Source: an uncultured Candidatus Saccharibacteria bacterium (GTDB lineage Bacteria > Patescibacteriota > Dojkabacteria > CALFHW01). From it: a DNA stretch of 45,665 nucleotides. Position numbers and translations under genes: made by a program. Shown one piece after another: positions 26,925-35,454 of the stretch. The notes beneath the pieces were generated by a model. That model saw only the letters and a list, made by a program, of their open reading frames with translations. It searched no databases and was not told the DNA's origin. The stretch is taken from NCBI GenBank assembly GCA_964640685.1, contig CAZXFQ010000005.1, positions 1-45,665 on the forward strand, written 5' to 3'. Each line of letters begins with the position of its first letter. Within the stretch, counting starts at the first letter, position 1.

Positions 26925-27106
26925 TGAATTAAAGGCAAAATTAATATTCAGTATAGAATTAGCAGTCTTCTGACTTGGCGCGGCTAATGCCGCTGTGCTG
27001 ATGTTAGGGCTCAGCAGGACTAGCGCACTTGCGATTAATGTTATTTTTGCAATTCTTAATAAGCTGCTAATTTCGATAAGATTTTTATATAGAATTAAAA
27101 TTCAGT

Positions 27107-28570
27107 TTAGTTATCCGCAGGAAGTTTGTCATCTTTAGTTTTTTGCAACTGCAGCTGTGCAATCTCCTCAGTGGTCATTTCCTCTGTCCCATAAATCTTT
27201 TCTTCTTCAGGCGTAATTAAATCCAGATTGTATTTTTTTCTAGGCTCAGTGATTAGCACTTCTGGAAGTATCAAACTGTCAAGTTCTGCTTGCAGGTGTC
27301 TTTTACGTAAATAGTAAATGCCTACACCAACTCCTCCCATAATAATCAAAGTGAAGAATACTACTGCAAACAAATTTGAAACATTATTTTCAGTTCTGGG
27401 CTTACTATAGTTTATGGTAAAGATTTCCTCTACCTGTTCGCCGTTGTCTAACTTTACCTGCACTCTAAAACGGTTGCTACCATCTACAAGCTGCACAGTC
27501 TGGTTTACACTTCCATCAACACTTGGCAAGGATGGAATGTTTACTGGTTGCCCATTATTTATCACTGTGATTGTTGAATTGAGATTGTCAACCCTGAAAT
27601 CCAATTTGAAACTATCGCTAGAAACCTCATATACTTTTAGTGTCTTATCAGTACCTTCTAGTGTGTTAGTGCCCAGCCCCTCAAGATTTAGCTGTAAACG
27701 TGGCACGACTGTGTACGTAGAAAATCCGCTTACTATGAAACTTAGTTCTTCATTCTTGTAAGATAATTCCTTTGGGTCAGACATAATGCTATTGTCCCTT
27801 TTTATTTGTGCCAATTTTCCGTCTTCCCAACTCACTAGCTTGATGCCAGACATAGTGACTTTGGCTGATTTATTGAACACTGGAACAAGTTCAGTATTGA
27901 ACTTCACTTTGCCCCGGGTCTCTAAATCTAGATAGTTGGCTAATAAACTGATTTTGCTATATTCATTGTAGTTAGATAGATCGAGAGTATCTACATAGCT
28001 TATCTTGTTTACTCCAGGATTATCAAAAATAAAGTTAGGTACCGAAGCCAGCTTAGTTTTATCCAACTCGGTAAATTTAGTCGAAACGCTGCCTATTTTC
28101 ACTAGATTATCAGGCAGTCTGATGCTACGGATTTTCTCTAAGTTCTCATCAACTGGGGGTGCTTTCTTATTTAGCAGGAAATTCACGTCATCAGTTTGGT
28201 TGGTTTCAGTGAGAGTCACCGTGGCTGAATCAATAGTACCTGCTAACACTTCGTATTCACTAGAGCGAGGGAGTATCAGCTGAATAATGTAGGTTCCAGC
28301 TTCAGCAAGGGTAAATTTGCCATCAGCGGTTTCAGTTGAAGTATAACTTTCATTTTGGCCGTTGCCACTTAGCCTTACCTCAAGTCCAGCTACTCTGTTG
28401 CCACTATTTTTTATAACTACATTAATCTGGAAATTTTCCTGGGGGCTTACCGGAGGACTTATGGGAGGAGTTATTGGTGGAGTTTGGGCAATTACAGAAG
28501 CTAGTGCTTGACTAAAAACAACGCTACTCAGAATAAAAACAGTTAACAATGTTGTTGTAAGCTTTTTCAT
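27107..28570 (-). CDS. surface protein: signal peptide, Pro-rich linker, CarboxypepD_reg-like beta domain, C-terminal TM anchor and acidic cytoplasmic tail
   Basis: MKKLTTTLLTVFILSSVVFSQALA signal, PPITPPISPPVSP linker, C-terminal TM LFAVVFFTLIIMGGVGVGIYYL. The start lies 2 nt after the ftsW-like stop. Confidence 0.6.
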   Translation of the reverse strand: MKKLTTTLLTVFILSSVVFSQALASVIAQTPPITPPISPPVSPQENFQINVVIKNSGNRVAGLEVRLSGNGQNESYTSTETADGKFTLAEAGTYIIQLILPRSSEYEVLAGTIDSATVTLTETNQTDDVNFLLNKKAPPVDENLEKIRSIRLPDNLVKIGSVSTKFTELDKTKLASVPNFIFDNPGVNKISYVDTLDLSNYNEYSKISLLANYLDLETRGKVKFNTELVPVFNKSAKVTMSGIKLVSWEDGKLAQIKRDNSIMSDPKELSYKNEELSFIVSGFSTYTVVPRLQLNLEGLGTNTLEGTDKTLKVYEVSSDSFKLDFRVDNLNSTITVINNGQPVNIPSLPSVDGSVNQTVQLVDGSNRFRVQVKLDNGEQVEEIFTINYSKPRTENNVSNLFAVVFFTLIIMGGVGVGIYYLRKRHLQAELDSLILPEVLITEPRKKYNLDLITPEEEKIYGTEEMTTEEIAQLQLQKTKDDKLPADN

Positions 28571-28572
28571 GG

Positions 28573-29850
28573 TTAATCTAATTTTACCTTTTTGCTGATA
28601 TTTAACAATAGCCCCACACCTATTAATGAGGCTAATAATGAGCTACCTCCATAACTCAGGAACGGAATAGTCATACCTGTTAAGGGAATCAGTCCCACAT
28701 TTACCCCTAGATGAATTACCGTCTGTAGAAAAAACCAAATTCCTATACCCAAAGCAAGTAAGCTGCTGAAGGCATTAGGGGCGTTCTGGGCAATCTTTAG
28801 AGCTCTAAAGATCAGAATCACATAGGCTAAGATAACTAAAATTGAACCTAAGAAACCGAATTCTTCTGCTACGATAGCGAAAATAGTATCGCTAAAAGCG
28901 GTTTCCTGTAGGTAGAAGTACTTTTGTTTTGATTGTCCAAACCCAAAGCCATTAAAGCCTCCAGTGCCCACTGCGATGAGAATTTGCCTGAGCTGGTAGC
29001 CGGTATCTGTAGGGTCTTGTACTTCTCCAGTCTCTAGAAATTGGATGTATGTATTGACTCTGTTAACTCGATATTGCTCAGACAAGGAAAAGCCAATTCC
29101 AGCTACTATAGCGATTGCAACTAAGCCAATAGTGATGATGTGATGTAGTCTAGAATTCACTGCAAAAAAATACACTCCCAGGCACATCGCACCCACTAGT
29201 CCAGCAGTAGCAAGGTCCTTTCCTAAAAAAATCAACCCCACTATAGGCAAAACTACTAGAAGAAAAGGCAAAAGGCTGTGTTTGGCATAGCTTTCCAGTT
29301 CTTTCAAATCTTTAGTATTAATCTTGGCCAGAAGCCCTGCAATGTATACCAATAAGAAAGGTTTTGCAAACTCTGAGGGTTGTAAGCTGAATGGTCCAAT
29401 TTTGATCCATAATTTGGCGCCATTGATTTCACCCGGAATTGCCAAGACAATTAGCAAAAGTATGCCGATAGTTAGTAGAGCTGGCAGTGCAAGTGCCTTA
29501 ATGGTGCCCAACGGTAATTTGTAAAAAATAAACCCTGCTACGGAACCTACAACTAGCCATGCTGCTTGCAATATGAAAAAATGATATGGATTATTGGGAG
29601 TAAAGATTGTATTTGCCCTTTGGCTGGCAACATAGAAAGAGCCGCTGTAAATCATCAGTAATCCAAATATACATAGACCTGCCACCACGTATAAGATAAT
29701 CCAGTCGTGCTGTTTTGGGGTTTCATGGGGGGCACTACTTCTGCGTAAACTTATCTTCGATAGTTTGTCTCGCAAATTGGCTACAATGCCTTTAAGTCGT
29801 GTTTTCCTGGCCTTTGATTTTCGTGCAACCGCTCTTTGGGCTAATTTCAA
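28573..29850 (-). CDS. SEDS-family peptidoglycan glycosyltransferase (FtsW/RodA family), copy 2
   Basis: PSEFAKPFLLVY, FSDTIFAIVAEEFGFLG and GMTIPFLSYGGSS motifs. TTG start with a basic N-terminal tail. Confidence 0.9.
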   Translation of the reverse strand: MKLAQRAVARKSKARKTRLKGIVANLRDKLSKISLRRSSAPHETPKQHDWIILYVVAGLCIFGLLMIYSGSFYVASQRANTIFTPNNPYHFFILQAAWLVVGSVAGFIFYKLPLGTIKALALPALLTIGILLLIVLAIPGEINGAKLWIKIGPFSLQPSEFAKPFLLVYIAGLLAKINTKDLKELESYAKHSLLPFLLVVLPIVGLIFLGKDLATAGLVGAMCLGVYFFAVNSRLHHIITIGLVAIAIVAGIGFSLSEQYRVNRVNTYIQFLETGEVQDPTDTGYQLRQILIAVGTGGFNGFGFGQSKQKYFYLQETAFSDTIFAIVAEEFGFLGSILVILAYVILIFRALKIAQNAPNAFSSLLALGIGIWFFLQTVIHLGVNVGLIPLTGMTIPFLSYGGSSLLASLIGVGLLLNISKKVKLD

Positions 29851-29883
29851 CTCGAGGGTCTAAAAGATTAAATCCTAATCTAG

Positions 29884-29889
29884 TATAAT
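29884..29889 (+). promoter_or_regulatory. -10 box TATAAT placed 6 nt upstream of the ATG at 29896 (leaderless arrangement)
   Basis: ctagTATAATtgtcctATG. It shares the ctagtataat decamer with the rplU promoter. Confidence 0.45.
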
Positions 29890-29895
29890 TGTCCT

Positions 29896-30162
29896 ATGGA
29901 TCAAAGTGCAACTAAAAATACAGCCGCAGAAACAGTAACTGTGATTACAGGCGATATGTTGATATCTGATATTGTTGAAACTTTTCCTCAGGTAGTAGAT
30001 TATCTAATTGCAGAATATGGATTTCACTGCGTGAGCTGCTTTGTCTCATCATTTGAGGCGCTTGAGGATGGGGCTAGAGTGCATGGAATTGTGGGGGCAG
30101 ATTTCTTGGAAATGGTGGACAATGCCAATATGATTGCCACTGGCGAGCTTATCTACCCATAG
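29896..30162 (+). CDS. DUF1858-domain protein (hybrid-cluster-protein-associated redox disulfide domain)
   Basis: ITGDMLISDIVETFPQVVDYLIAEYGFHCVSCFVSSFEALEDGARVHGI shows the typical DUF1858 pattern with the CxxC pair. Confidence 0.75.
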   Translation: MDQSATKNTAAETVTVITGDMLISDIVETFPQVVDYLIAEYGFHCVSCFVSSFEALEDGARVHGIVGADFLEMVDNANMIATGELIYP

Positions 30163-30215
30163 CTTTATTCTAAGTCTAAATGATATAATTACAGCGTAAA
30201 AGCACTAGCCAAATT

Positions 30216-30288
30216 GCCGAGGTAGCTCAGTTGGTAGAGCGCTCCCCTGAAGAGGGAGATGTCGTCAGTTCAACTCTGACCCTCGGCA
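30216..30288 (+). tRNA. tRNA-Phe (anticodon GAA)
   Basis: Hand-folded: acceptor GCCGAGG/CCTCGGC, D arm GCTC-AGTTGGTA-GAGC, anticodon stem CTCCC/GGGAG with loop CTGAAGA, T arm GTCAG-TTCAACT-CTGAC. Confidence 0.9.
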
Positions 30289-30296
30289 CATTGTTA

Positions 30297-30369
30297 GGGC
30301 AGTTAGCTCAATTGGTGGAGCACACGGTTTACATCCGTGGGGTTATAGGTTCGAGTCCTATACTGCCCA
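30297..30369 (+). tRNA. tRNA-Val (anticodon TAC)
   Basis: Hand-folded: acceptor GGGCAGT/ACTGCCC, D arm GCTC-AATTGGTG-GAGC, anticodon stem CACGG/CCGTG with loop TTTACAT, T arm ATAGG-TTCGAGT-CCTAT. Confidence 0.9.
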
Positions 30370-30439
30370 TTCTTCTTTCTAGGTCTCACTTTTCCTGCAG
30401 ATAAATGTTACAATTCAAGCATAAATTGCTGTAAATACT

Positions 30440-30730
30440 ATGCTAGGCCCAGAGAAATCATTAATCGCCCGTATCAAAGAAAAAGAGCTTAAACACCAGG
30501 AAAACCTCGAGCAAACGGTAGAGTTACTCAAAGATATAAAGAAGGTCTTGAAGACCAACAAAATCACCAGCCTGGAATCCTTTAGGAATGGTGTTCTTGC
30601 GGGCTTGGGCACAGTTTTGGGAGCTACTCTAGTACTGGCTATACTTATTGCAATTTTGCAACAGCTCATCACCGTGCCCTTGATAGGAGCCTATGTGAAG
30701 CAAATAGTGGAGATTGTGCAGAATAAATAA
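30440..30730 (+). CDS. small membrane protein (N-terminal coiled helix plus two C-terminal hydrophobic segments)
   Basis: GVLAGLGTVLGATLVLAILIAILQQL TM segment. No enzymatic motif. Confidence 0.5.
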   Translation: MLGPEKSLIARIKEKELKHQENLEQTVELLKDIKKVLKTNKITSLESFRNGVLAGLGTVLGATLVLAILIAILQQLITVPLIGAYVKQIVEIVQNK

Positions 30731-30768
30731 TTAAACCACACAATATTAGTGTTCAAATATTAAACCTC

Positions 30769-32157
30769 ATGGACAAGAATACAAACGCCTTTGACAAAGT
30801 AGTAAACCTATCTAAGCGTAGGGGTTTTATTTTCCCCAGCTCTGAAATCTACGGAGGCTTGGCAAATACATACGACTTCGGACCATACGGCACGGCTCTA
30901 AAAGAAAATATCAGACAATTATGGTGGAAAAAGTTTATTAGTAGCCGCGAAGACATGTTTGGGATTGACAGTAGCATTATCATCAATCCTAAAGTGTGGG
31001 AGGCCTCTGGGCACGTTGCTAATTTCGGTGATGTAATGGTGGAGGACAGAAAGACTCATAAACGTTATCGCGCAGATCATATTATTGAAGATTTTTTTGC
31101 TGGCAAAGGCGAGGAAGTGAAAGTTGATGGCAAAACCGCTGCAGAATTGCAGGAGATTATAGAAAAAAATAGTATCAAGAGCCCTGAAGGTAATGAAATG
31201 ACAACAGCTAAAAAATTCAATTTGTTATTTCAAACCCAAATTGGAATCATTGAAGGAGAAGGAAGCACAGTGTATTTGCGTGGTGAGATTGCTCAAGGGC
31301 TGTTTATCAACTTTAAAAATATTATCGACTCACTCCACCCTAAACTACCATTTGGTATTGGACAAGCTGGTAAAGCTTTCCGCAACGAAATTACTAAAGG
31401 ACAGTTTACTTTTAGGACGTTGGAATTTGATTTAATGGAATTTGAGTACTTCTTCGACCCTGAAATTCAAGATATTAATGAGTTGTTTGATTATTGGAAG
31501 GGATTAATGACAGAATTCAGCCAAGCAATTGGCCTGGATCAAACTAAGCTGCGCTGGCGCAAGCATGAGGAGTTCGAGCTATCACATTATTCCTCACGTA
31601 CAGAAGATTTAGAATATGAATTTCCATGGGGATTTAAAGAAATGTGGGGGTGCGCTTACCGCAGTGATTTTGATTTGCGCACTCATACAGAAGCTTCCGG
31701 TCAAGAGTTGGTATATACTTACCCCGAAGGTAAGAAGCTAACACCACATGTGATTGAGCCTACTTTTGGTTTATCGAGATTGGTGACTATTATTTTGATG
31801 GACGCTTACCGCGAAGAGATAGTCAATGGCGAACAACGGGTACTTTTAAAGTTAGATCCCAAAATAGCACCAGTGAAGTTGGCGATTCTGCCTTTAGTGA
31901 AAAAAGGTGGCTTAGCTGAAAAAGCCCGCGAGTTATTTGTGAGTTTGGGTGAAAGCTTTATCTGTGAATACGATCAGTCAGGTTCAATCGGCAAGCGCTA
32001 CCGCAGACAGGATGAAATCGGCACACCTCTGTGTTTGACTATCGATTTTGAAACTCTAGAAGATGACTCTGTTACGGTTAGAGACCGCGATACTATGCTG
32101 CAATCACGAGTTAAGATCGCAGAACTGCTAGCTTTCATTAAGGCGCGATTGCAATAA
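30769..32157 (+). CDS. glyQS: glycine--tRNA ligase (homodimeric class II type)
   Basis: N-terminus FDKVVNLSKRRGFIFPSSEIYGGLANTYDFGPYG, motif 2 FRNEITKGQFTFRTLEF, and a C-terminal anticodon-binding domain. Confidence 0.95.
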   Translation: MDKNTNAFDKVVNLSKRRGFIFPSSEIYGGLANTYDFGPYGTALKENIRQLWWKKFISSREDMFGIDSSIIINPKVWEASGHVANFGDVMVEDRKTHKRYRADHIIEDFFAGKGEEVKVDGKTAAELQEIIEKNSIKSPEGNEMTTAKKFNLLFQTQIGIIEGEGSTVYLRGEIAQGLFINFKNIIDSLHPKLPFGIGQAGKAFRNEITKGQFTFRTLEFDLMEFEYFFDPEIQDINELFDYWKGLMTEFSQAIGLDQTKLRWRKHEEFELSHYSSRTEDLEYEFPWGFKEMWGCAYRSDFDLRTHTEASGQELVYTYPEGKKLTPHVIEPTFGLSRLVTIILMDAYREEIVNGEQRVLLKLDPKIAPVKLAILPLVKKGGLAEKARELFVSLGESFICEYDQSGSIGKRYRRQDEIGTPLCLTIDFETLEDDSVTVRDRDTMLQSRVKIAELLAFIKARLQ

Positions 32158-32159
32158 CA

Positions 32160-32570
32160 ATGAGTAATAATTCTATAGTCTATCTAGTTGTATTTTTAGC
32201 GTTTGTAGCGCTAACGGCCGTCGCTGTAGCTTTTCTCAAATCCCGCAATCGTAATTCCGATTGGCAGTCTAAAGTTACTGAGAGGCTAGCGCAAATACAG
32301 AGCCGTAAGGGTCTTGATCCTAAGCTTTTGGTCATAGAGTTGGACAAGTTAGCTGAGTTTGCCCTACAGCAAAAGTTCAATTCCAAACTCAGCTTGGGAC
32401 AGATTCTGAAAGAGAAAAAGAGCAAATTTTCCAAGAAAACTTTAGATGAAGTCTGGGCTGGGCATAAATTTCGCAATAATCTAGTGCACGAGTTCAATTT
32501 CAAAGCCACTCCAACTGAACTCGGCAAAGCAAGTAAACAGCTTAAAGGCTTTGTGCAAGATTTGTTCTAA
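32160..32570 (+). CDS. N-terminally membrane-anchored small protein with an HEPN/DUF4145-like Rx4H motif (tentative)
   Basis: TM IVYLVVFLAFVALTAVAVAFL. C-terminal helical domain with LGQILKEKK...LDEVWAGHKFRNNLVHE (R-N-x-x-x-H). The start lies 2 nt after the glyQS stop. Confidence 0.35.
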   Translation: MSNNSIVYLVVFLAFVALTAVAVAFLKSRNRNSDWQSKVTERLAQIQSRKGLDPKLLVIELDKLAEFALQQKFNSKLSLGQILKEKKSKFSKKTLDEVWAGHKFRNNLVHEFNFKATPTELGKASKQLKGFVQDLF

Positions 32571-32622
32571 AGTATTCTTTGCACTATACTAATGGTATTA
32601 ATTAACAATTATTCTTATTGCA

Positions 32623-32934
32623 ATGGCAAAACTAACTAACGAAGAAATTACTGAGGAGTTAAAAAAATACAATGGCTGGGCTTTAGATCCAGAGACTGGT
32701 AAGCTGGTGGCAGGATTTGAATTCGATGATTTTGAGCAGGCACTGAGTTTCCTTAATTCTGTAGCCGAAGTTGCCACTGAGACTAAGCATCACCCTGATT
32801 TGCTTTTGCACGACTACAGCTACGTGACAATTTTCACCTTTACTGAGGATGAGAAAGCTATTAGTCATAAGGATTTCGAATTGATTGCTGCAATCGAGTC
32901 AGCTTTGGTAGCCATGGCACCAGAACTAGACTAA
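32623..32934 (+). CDS. pterin-4-alpha-carbinolamine dehydratase (PCD/DCoH family)
   Basis: GWALD...FEFDDFEQALSFLNSVAEVATETKHHPD is the family signature. Confidence 0.85.
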   Translation: MAKLTNEEITEELKKYNGWALDPETGKLVAGFEFDDFEQALSFLNSVAEVATETKHHPDLLLHDYSYVTIFTFTEDEKAISHKDFELIAAIESALVAMAPELD

Positions 32935-35320
32935 ATAAGCCTGACATTCCAAGTAGATAGTAACCCAAGAAGTTTTCTAGGCTATCCCCTGTCTTGGCAA
33001 ATTTAGGTGTAACATTTTGTGACTGAGCTTGAGCATCTTTTCCAATTACGTTTATTTCATCGATATTTGAGCTAATATCTATCCCAGTAGTTTCTTGCAG
33101 ATTGACGAAGTTGCTTATCTTGCTTAATTCTTTAGGATTCAAGCCGGCATTAATCATTACAGAAAATTGTAAAGTTAGCTTGTCGCCTGCAGCTAAATTG
33201 GGAATATTCCAATTTAGCAATAGTTGGTTGGGATCGTAGCTATGTGTAAGACTGTCCAAGAAACCTTTGAAGCTAAGCCTGTGATCCAGTTTATCGCTTA
33301 CTATGATATCACTGGCATTGGCGCTGCCTTTATTCTCTAGCGTAATATAATAGGTCAATAGTGACTGGTCAGAGATACTAGATTGAGTTCCGGGTAGCTG
33401 AGCAGTCTTTGTAATTACTAATAAAGGCTGTTCCACAACTACGGATACTGAGCTTGAGTTAGGATCAACTTGAGGATTATCCGCGCTGATGCTCAAGATA
33501 TTTGTAATTAGCCGTGGCTCTTTGTCCCCAGCTAGTTCAAGATTGTTCAAGTCAGCTAGCTTTATTGCCATGCTGATACTTTGCCAGTCAGAGGAAACGG
33601 GTAAATTGAACGGCGAGCTAATAAAGCCAAGGCTATCCGGATTTTCGACTAGCTCCCAGCCTACAGGTAGATCTACAGCATTCGCAGTAATAATCTGAAA
33701 CTTCTCCCCTGTCTTGAGAATTACGTGTTTATTAATCGTATCTTTCAGTGTCACCGAAGTAGAAATATTACCAGTATTTCTGTAGCTGAGGATATAAGTC
33801 AGTATCTGATTGGGATTAACAGCTAGAGCGGGGTTAAGGCCGGCTAAAGTCTTTTGCACCTCCAGCTTAGGCCAATAGTGCACCTGAGATTGGGTAGCAG
33901 CTTCCACGCGGTAGTCCCCCCAGCTGGCAATTACTTTATTGGTCACAATATGATCCCCGATTGTCTGAGGTCGCTTTAGTTTTAACCTTGGAGTAAAACT
34001 CACTTCAGCACCTGGATCTAATGAGCCAAGGTTCCATTGCATTGTATTGTCAGGATTGAGAGCAGCGTCACCTAGTTCTGCTACTTCAAAGAACTCATTG
34101 GGAAATATATCTAAAAGCTTTATCCCACTGAGTCGAGGGCCATTATTCTTTAGCTGGATTGTATAATTCAAAACCTCTTCAGCGTTCGCAGTATTGCTTT
34201 GTACATTCTGTTCATCCGAGTCTGAAACTAGTTTACTAATAGTTAAGTCTGGGGCAATAAATACGGTAGTGCTGGTTGTGCTAAAGCTGTAGGGAATTAT
34301 TTCTACTGAGATGAGATTTCTTTCAGCCTGACCCCAGCTCGGTTGTAAACCAGACCAGGAAGGAGCAGAGGAATCATTACGCCAAACGTAAGCTGTGCGG
34401 GCCTCATAATTGTCTACGGCATTAGGGCTACTATACTTAGAACCACTATGTTCGCGATAATAATTATTATCTTGGATAGTGGCGGGCGAGATACTAATAC
34501 TAGTTCCATAGTTTGTGCCCAAATCAGCTTCATAGTTAATAGTTTTAGTTTCATTGGCATTAAGACACAAATCCTGCTGAAAATTAATGCCATTGGGTAA
34601 GTTATCCAATACTTTGAGTCCGCAAACATTATAGGTTGAAGAGTTGCGTAAGGTAAGGCTATAGTTAAGCTTGAGGTTGGCACCAGTTTTTACGGGTGTC
34701 ACGCTCCTGCTGACAAGCTGGATGGGCTGAATAGTTGTGAAACTATAAAAAATCCTACCTCCAGTGTGCACTCTGTTTTGGTAAGTCCCTAAGGGTCCCG
34801 TACTAACTTTTTTACCTAATCTAGTTTTGGAATTCTGGTCAAATCTAATTTCACCTTGACGCCCGCCCGCCCCAATTCTGGTCAGATCACCTAAACTCGG
34901 GTCAGTTCTAGAAGTAAACAGCTCAATGCCCTGCACACCGATTGTATGTCCAGAATAGTTCCAGGCAAACAACCCCACTTCTACCTTGGTATTTGGCGGT
35001 ACTGACACGGAGTCGGCTACACCTGGGTAGCGGCGCGCATCGGGAAAGCTTATATCAGCTACATCATTCATTGTCTTGTTTTGAAGCCAATTTCCGGACT
35101 CGCCTTGCAGGCTGCCAGCATTAAAATTCACACCTATGCCTGGATTTTGATACTGAACTCCAATTGTGCTGGCAAATTGGCAGTTGTCGATTTCTCCTGT
35201 AGGGAAAAAGCTATCAGCATGTATATTTGTTTGGCAAAACTGCCATGCTAACCAGATGCACACGATTGCACAAAAAAGACGCAAAGATCGAATTGAATTC
35301 ATGTCGGTTTCCCAGTTCAT
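32861..35320 (-). CDS. large surface protein with at least four DUF11 (conserved repeat) domains and a C-terminal LAXTG-like sorting signal
   Basis: Repeats of the type LNYTIQLKNNGPRLSGIKLLDIFP, LTYILSYRNTGNISTSVTLKD, LTYYITLENKGSANASDIIVSDKLD and LNYSLTLRNSSTYNVCGLKVLDNLP. N-terminal signal peptide (a start at M7, coordinate 35302, is possible). The C-terminus is FAKTGD plus a hydrophobic helix plus a basic tail. Confidence 0.8.
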   Translation of the reverse strand: MNWETDMNSIRSLRLFCAIVCIWLAWQFCQTNIHADSFFPTGEIDNCQFASTIGVQYQNPGIGVNFNAGSLQGESGNWLQNKTMNDVADISFPDARRYPGVADSVSVPPNTKVEVGLFAWNYSGHTIGVQGIELFTSRTDPSLGDLTRIGAGGRQGEIRFDQNSKTRLGKKVSTGPLGTYQNRVHTGGRIFYSFTTIQPIQLVSRSVTPVKTGANLKLNYSLTLRNSSTYNVCGLKVLDNLPNGINFQQDLCLNANETKTINYEADLGTNYGTSISISPATIQDNNYYREHSGSKYSSPNAVDNYEARTAYVWRNDSSAPSWSGLQPSWGQAERNLISVEIIPYSFSTTSTTVFIAPDLTISKLVSDSDEQNVQSNTANAEEVLNYTIQLKNNGPRLSGIKLLDIFPNEFFEVAELGDAALNPDNTMQWNLGSLDPGAEVSFTPRLKLKRPQTIGDHIVTNKVIASWGDYRVEAATQSQVHYWPKLEVQKTLAGLNPALAVNPNQILTYILSYRNTGNISTSVTLKDTINKHVILKTGEKFQIITANAVDLPVGWELVENPDSLGFISSPFNLPVSSDWQSISMAIKLADLNNLELAGDKEPRLITNILSISADNPQVDPNSSSVSVVVEQPLLVITKTAQLPGTQSSISDQSLLTYYITLENKGSANASDIIVSDKLDHRLSFKGFLDSLTHSYDPNQLLLNWNIPNLAAGDKLTLQFSVMINAGLNPKELSKISNFVNLQETTGIDISSNIDEINVIGKDAQAQSQNVTPKFAKTGDSLENFLGYYLLGMSGLFSLVLVPWLPKLTRLQQSIRNPYD

Positions 35321-35454
35321 AGATAGTATTTAATATTGTCCATTTATAACTGCTCAAGATTTGCAAAAGCTTAACGCACGGTAAAAAAACTCTTACAATT
35401 AGCTTTTTTAGGCAAATTGAGTATTATTTAAGTAGTAACTTAAACATTCGGCCT

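Noticed and set aside
27414-27761. 115-aa and 92-aa (28005-28283) plus-strand ORFs inside the surface-protein gene, and similar antisense ORFs at 32180-32527, 43154-43471 and 44504-44794
   Set aside because: All are antisense to well-supported longer ORFs and lack motifs and plausible starts or promoters. I treated them as shadow ORFs.
30163-30439. tRNA-Phe/tRNA-Val pair checked as a possible integration hotspot (attachment-site repeats, integrase, island)
   Set aside because: No integrase, no duplicated tRNA 3' end, and the flanking genes are ordinary (DUF1858 protein, small membrane protein, glyQS).
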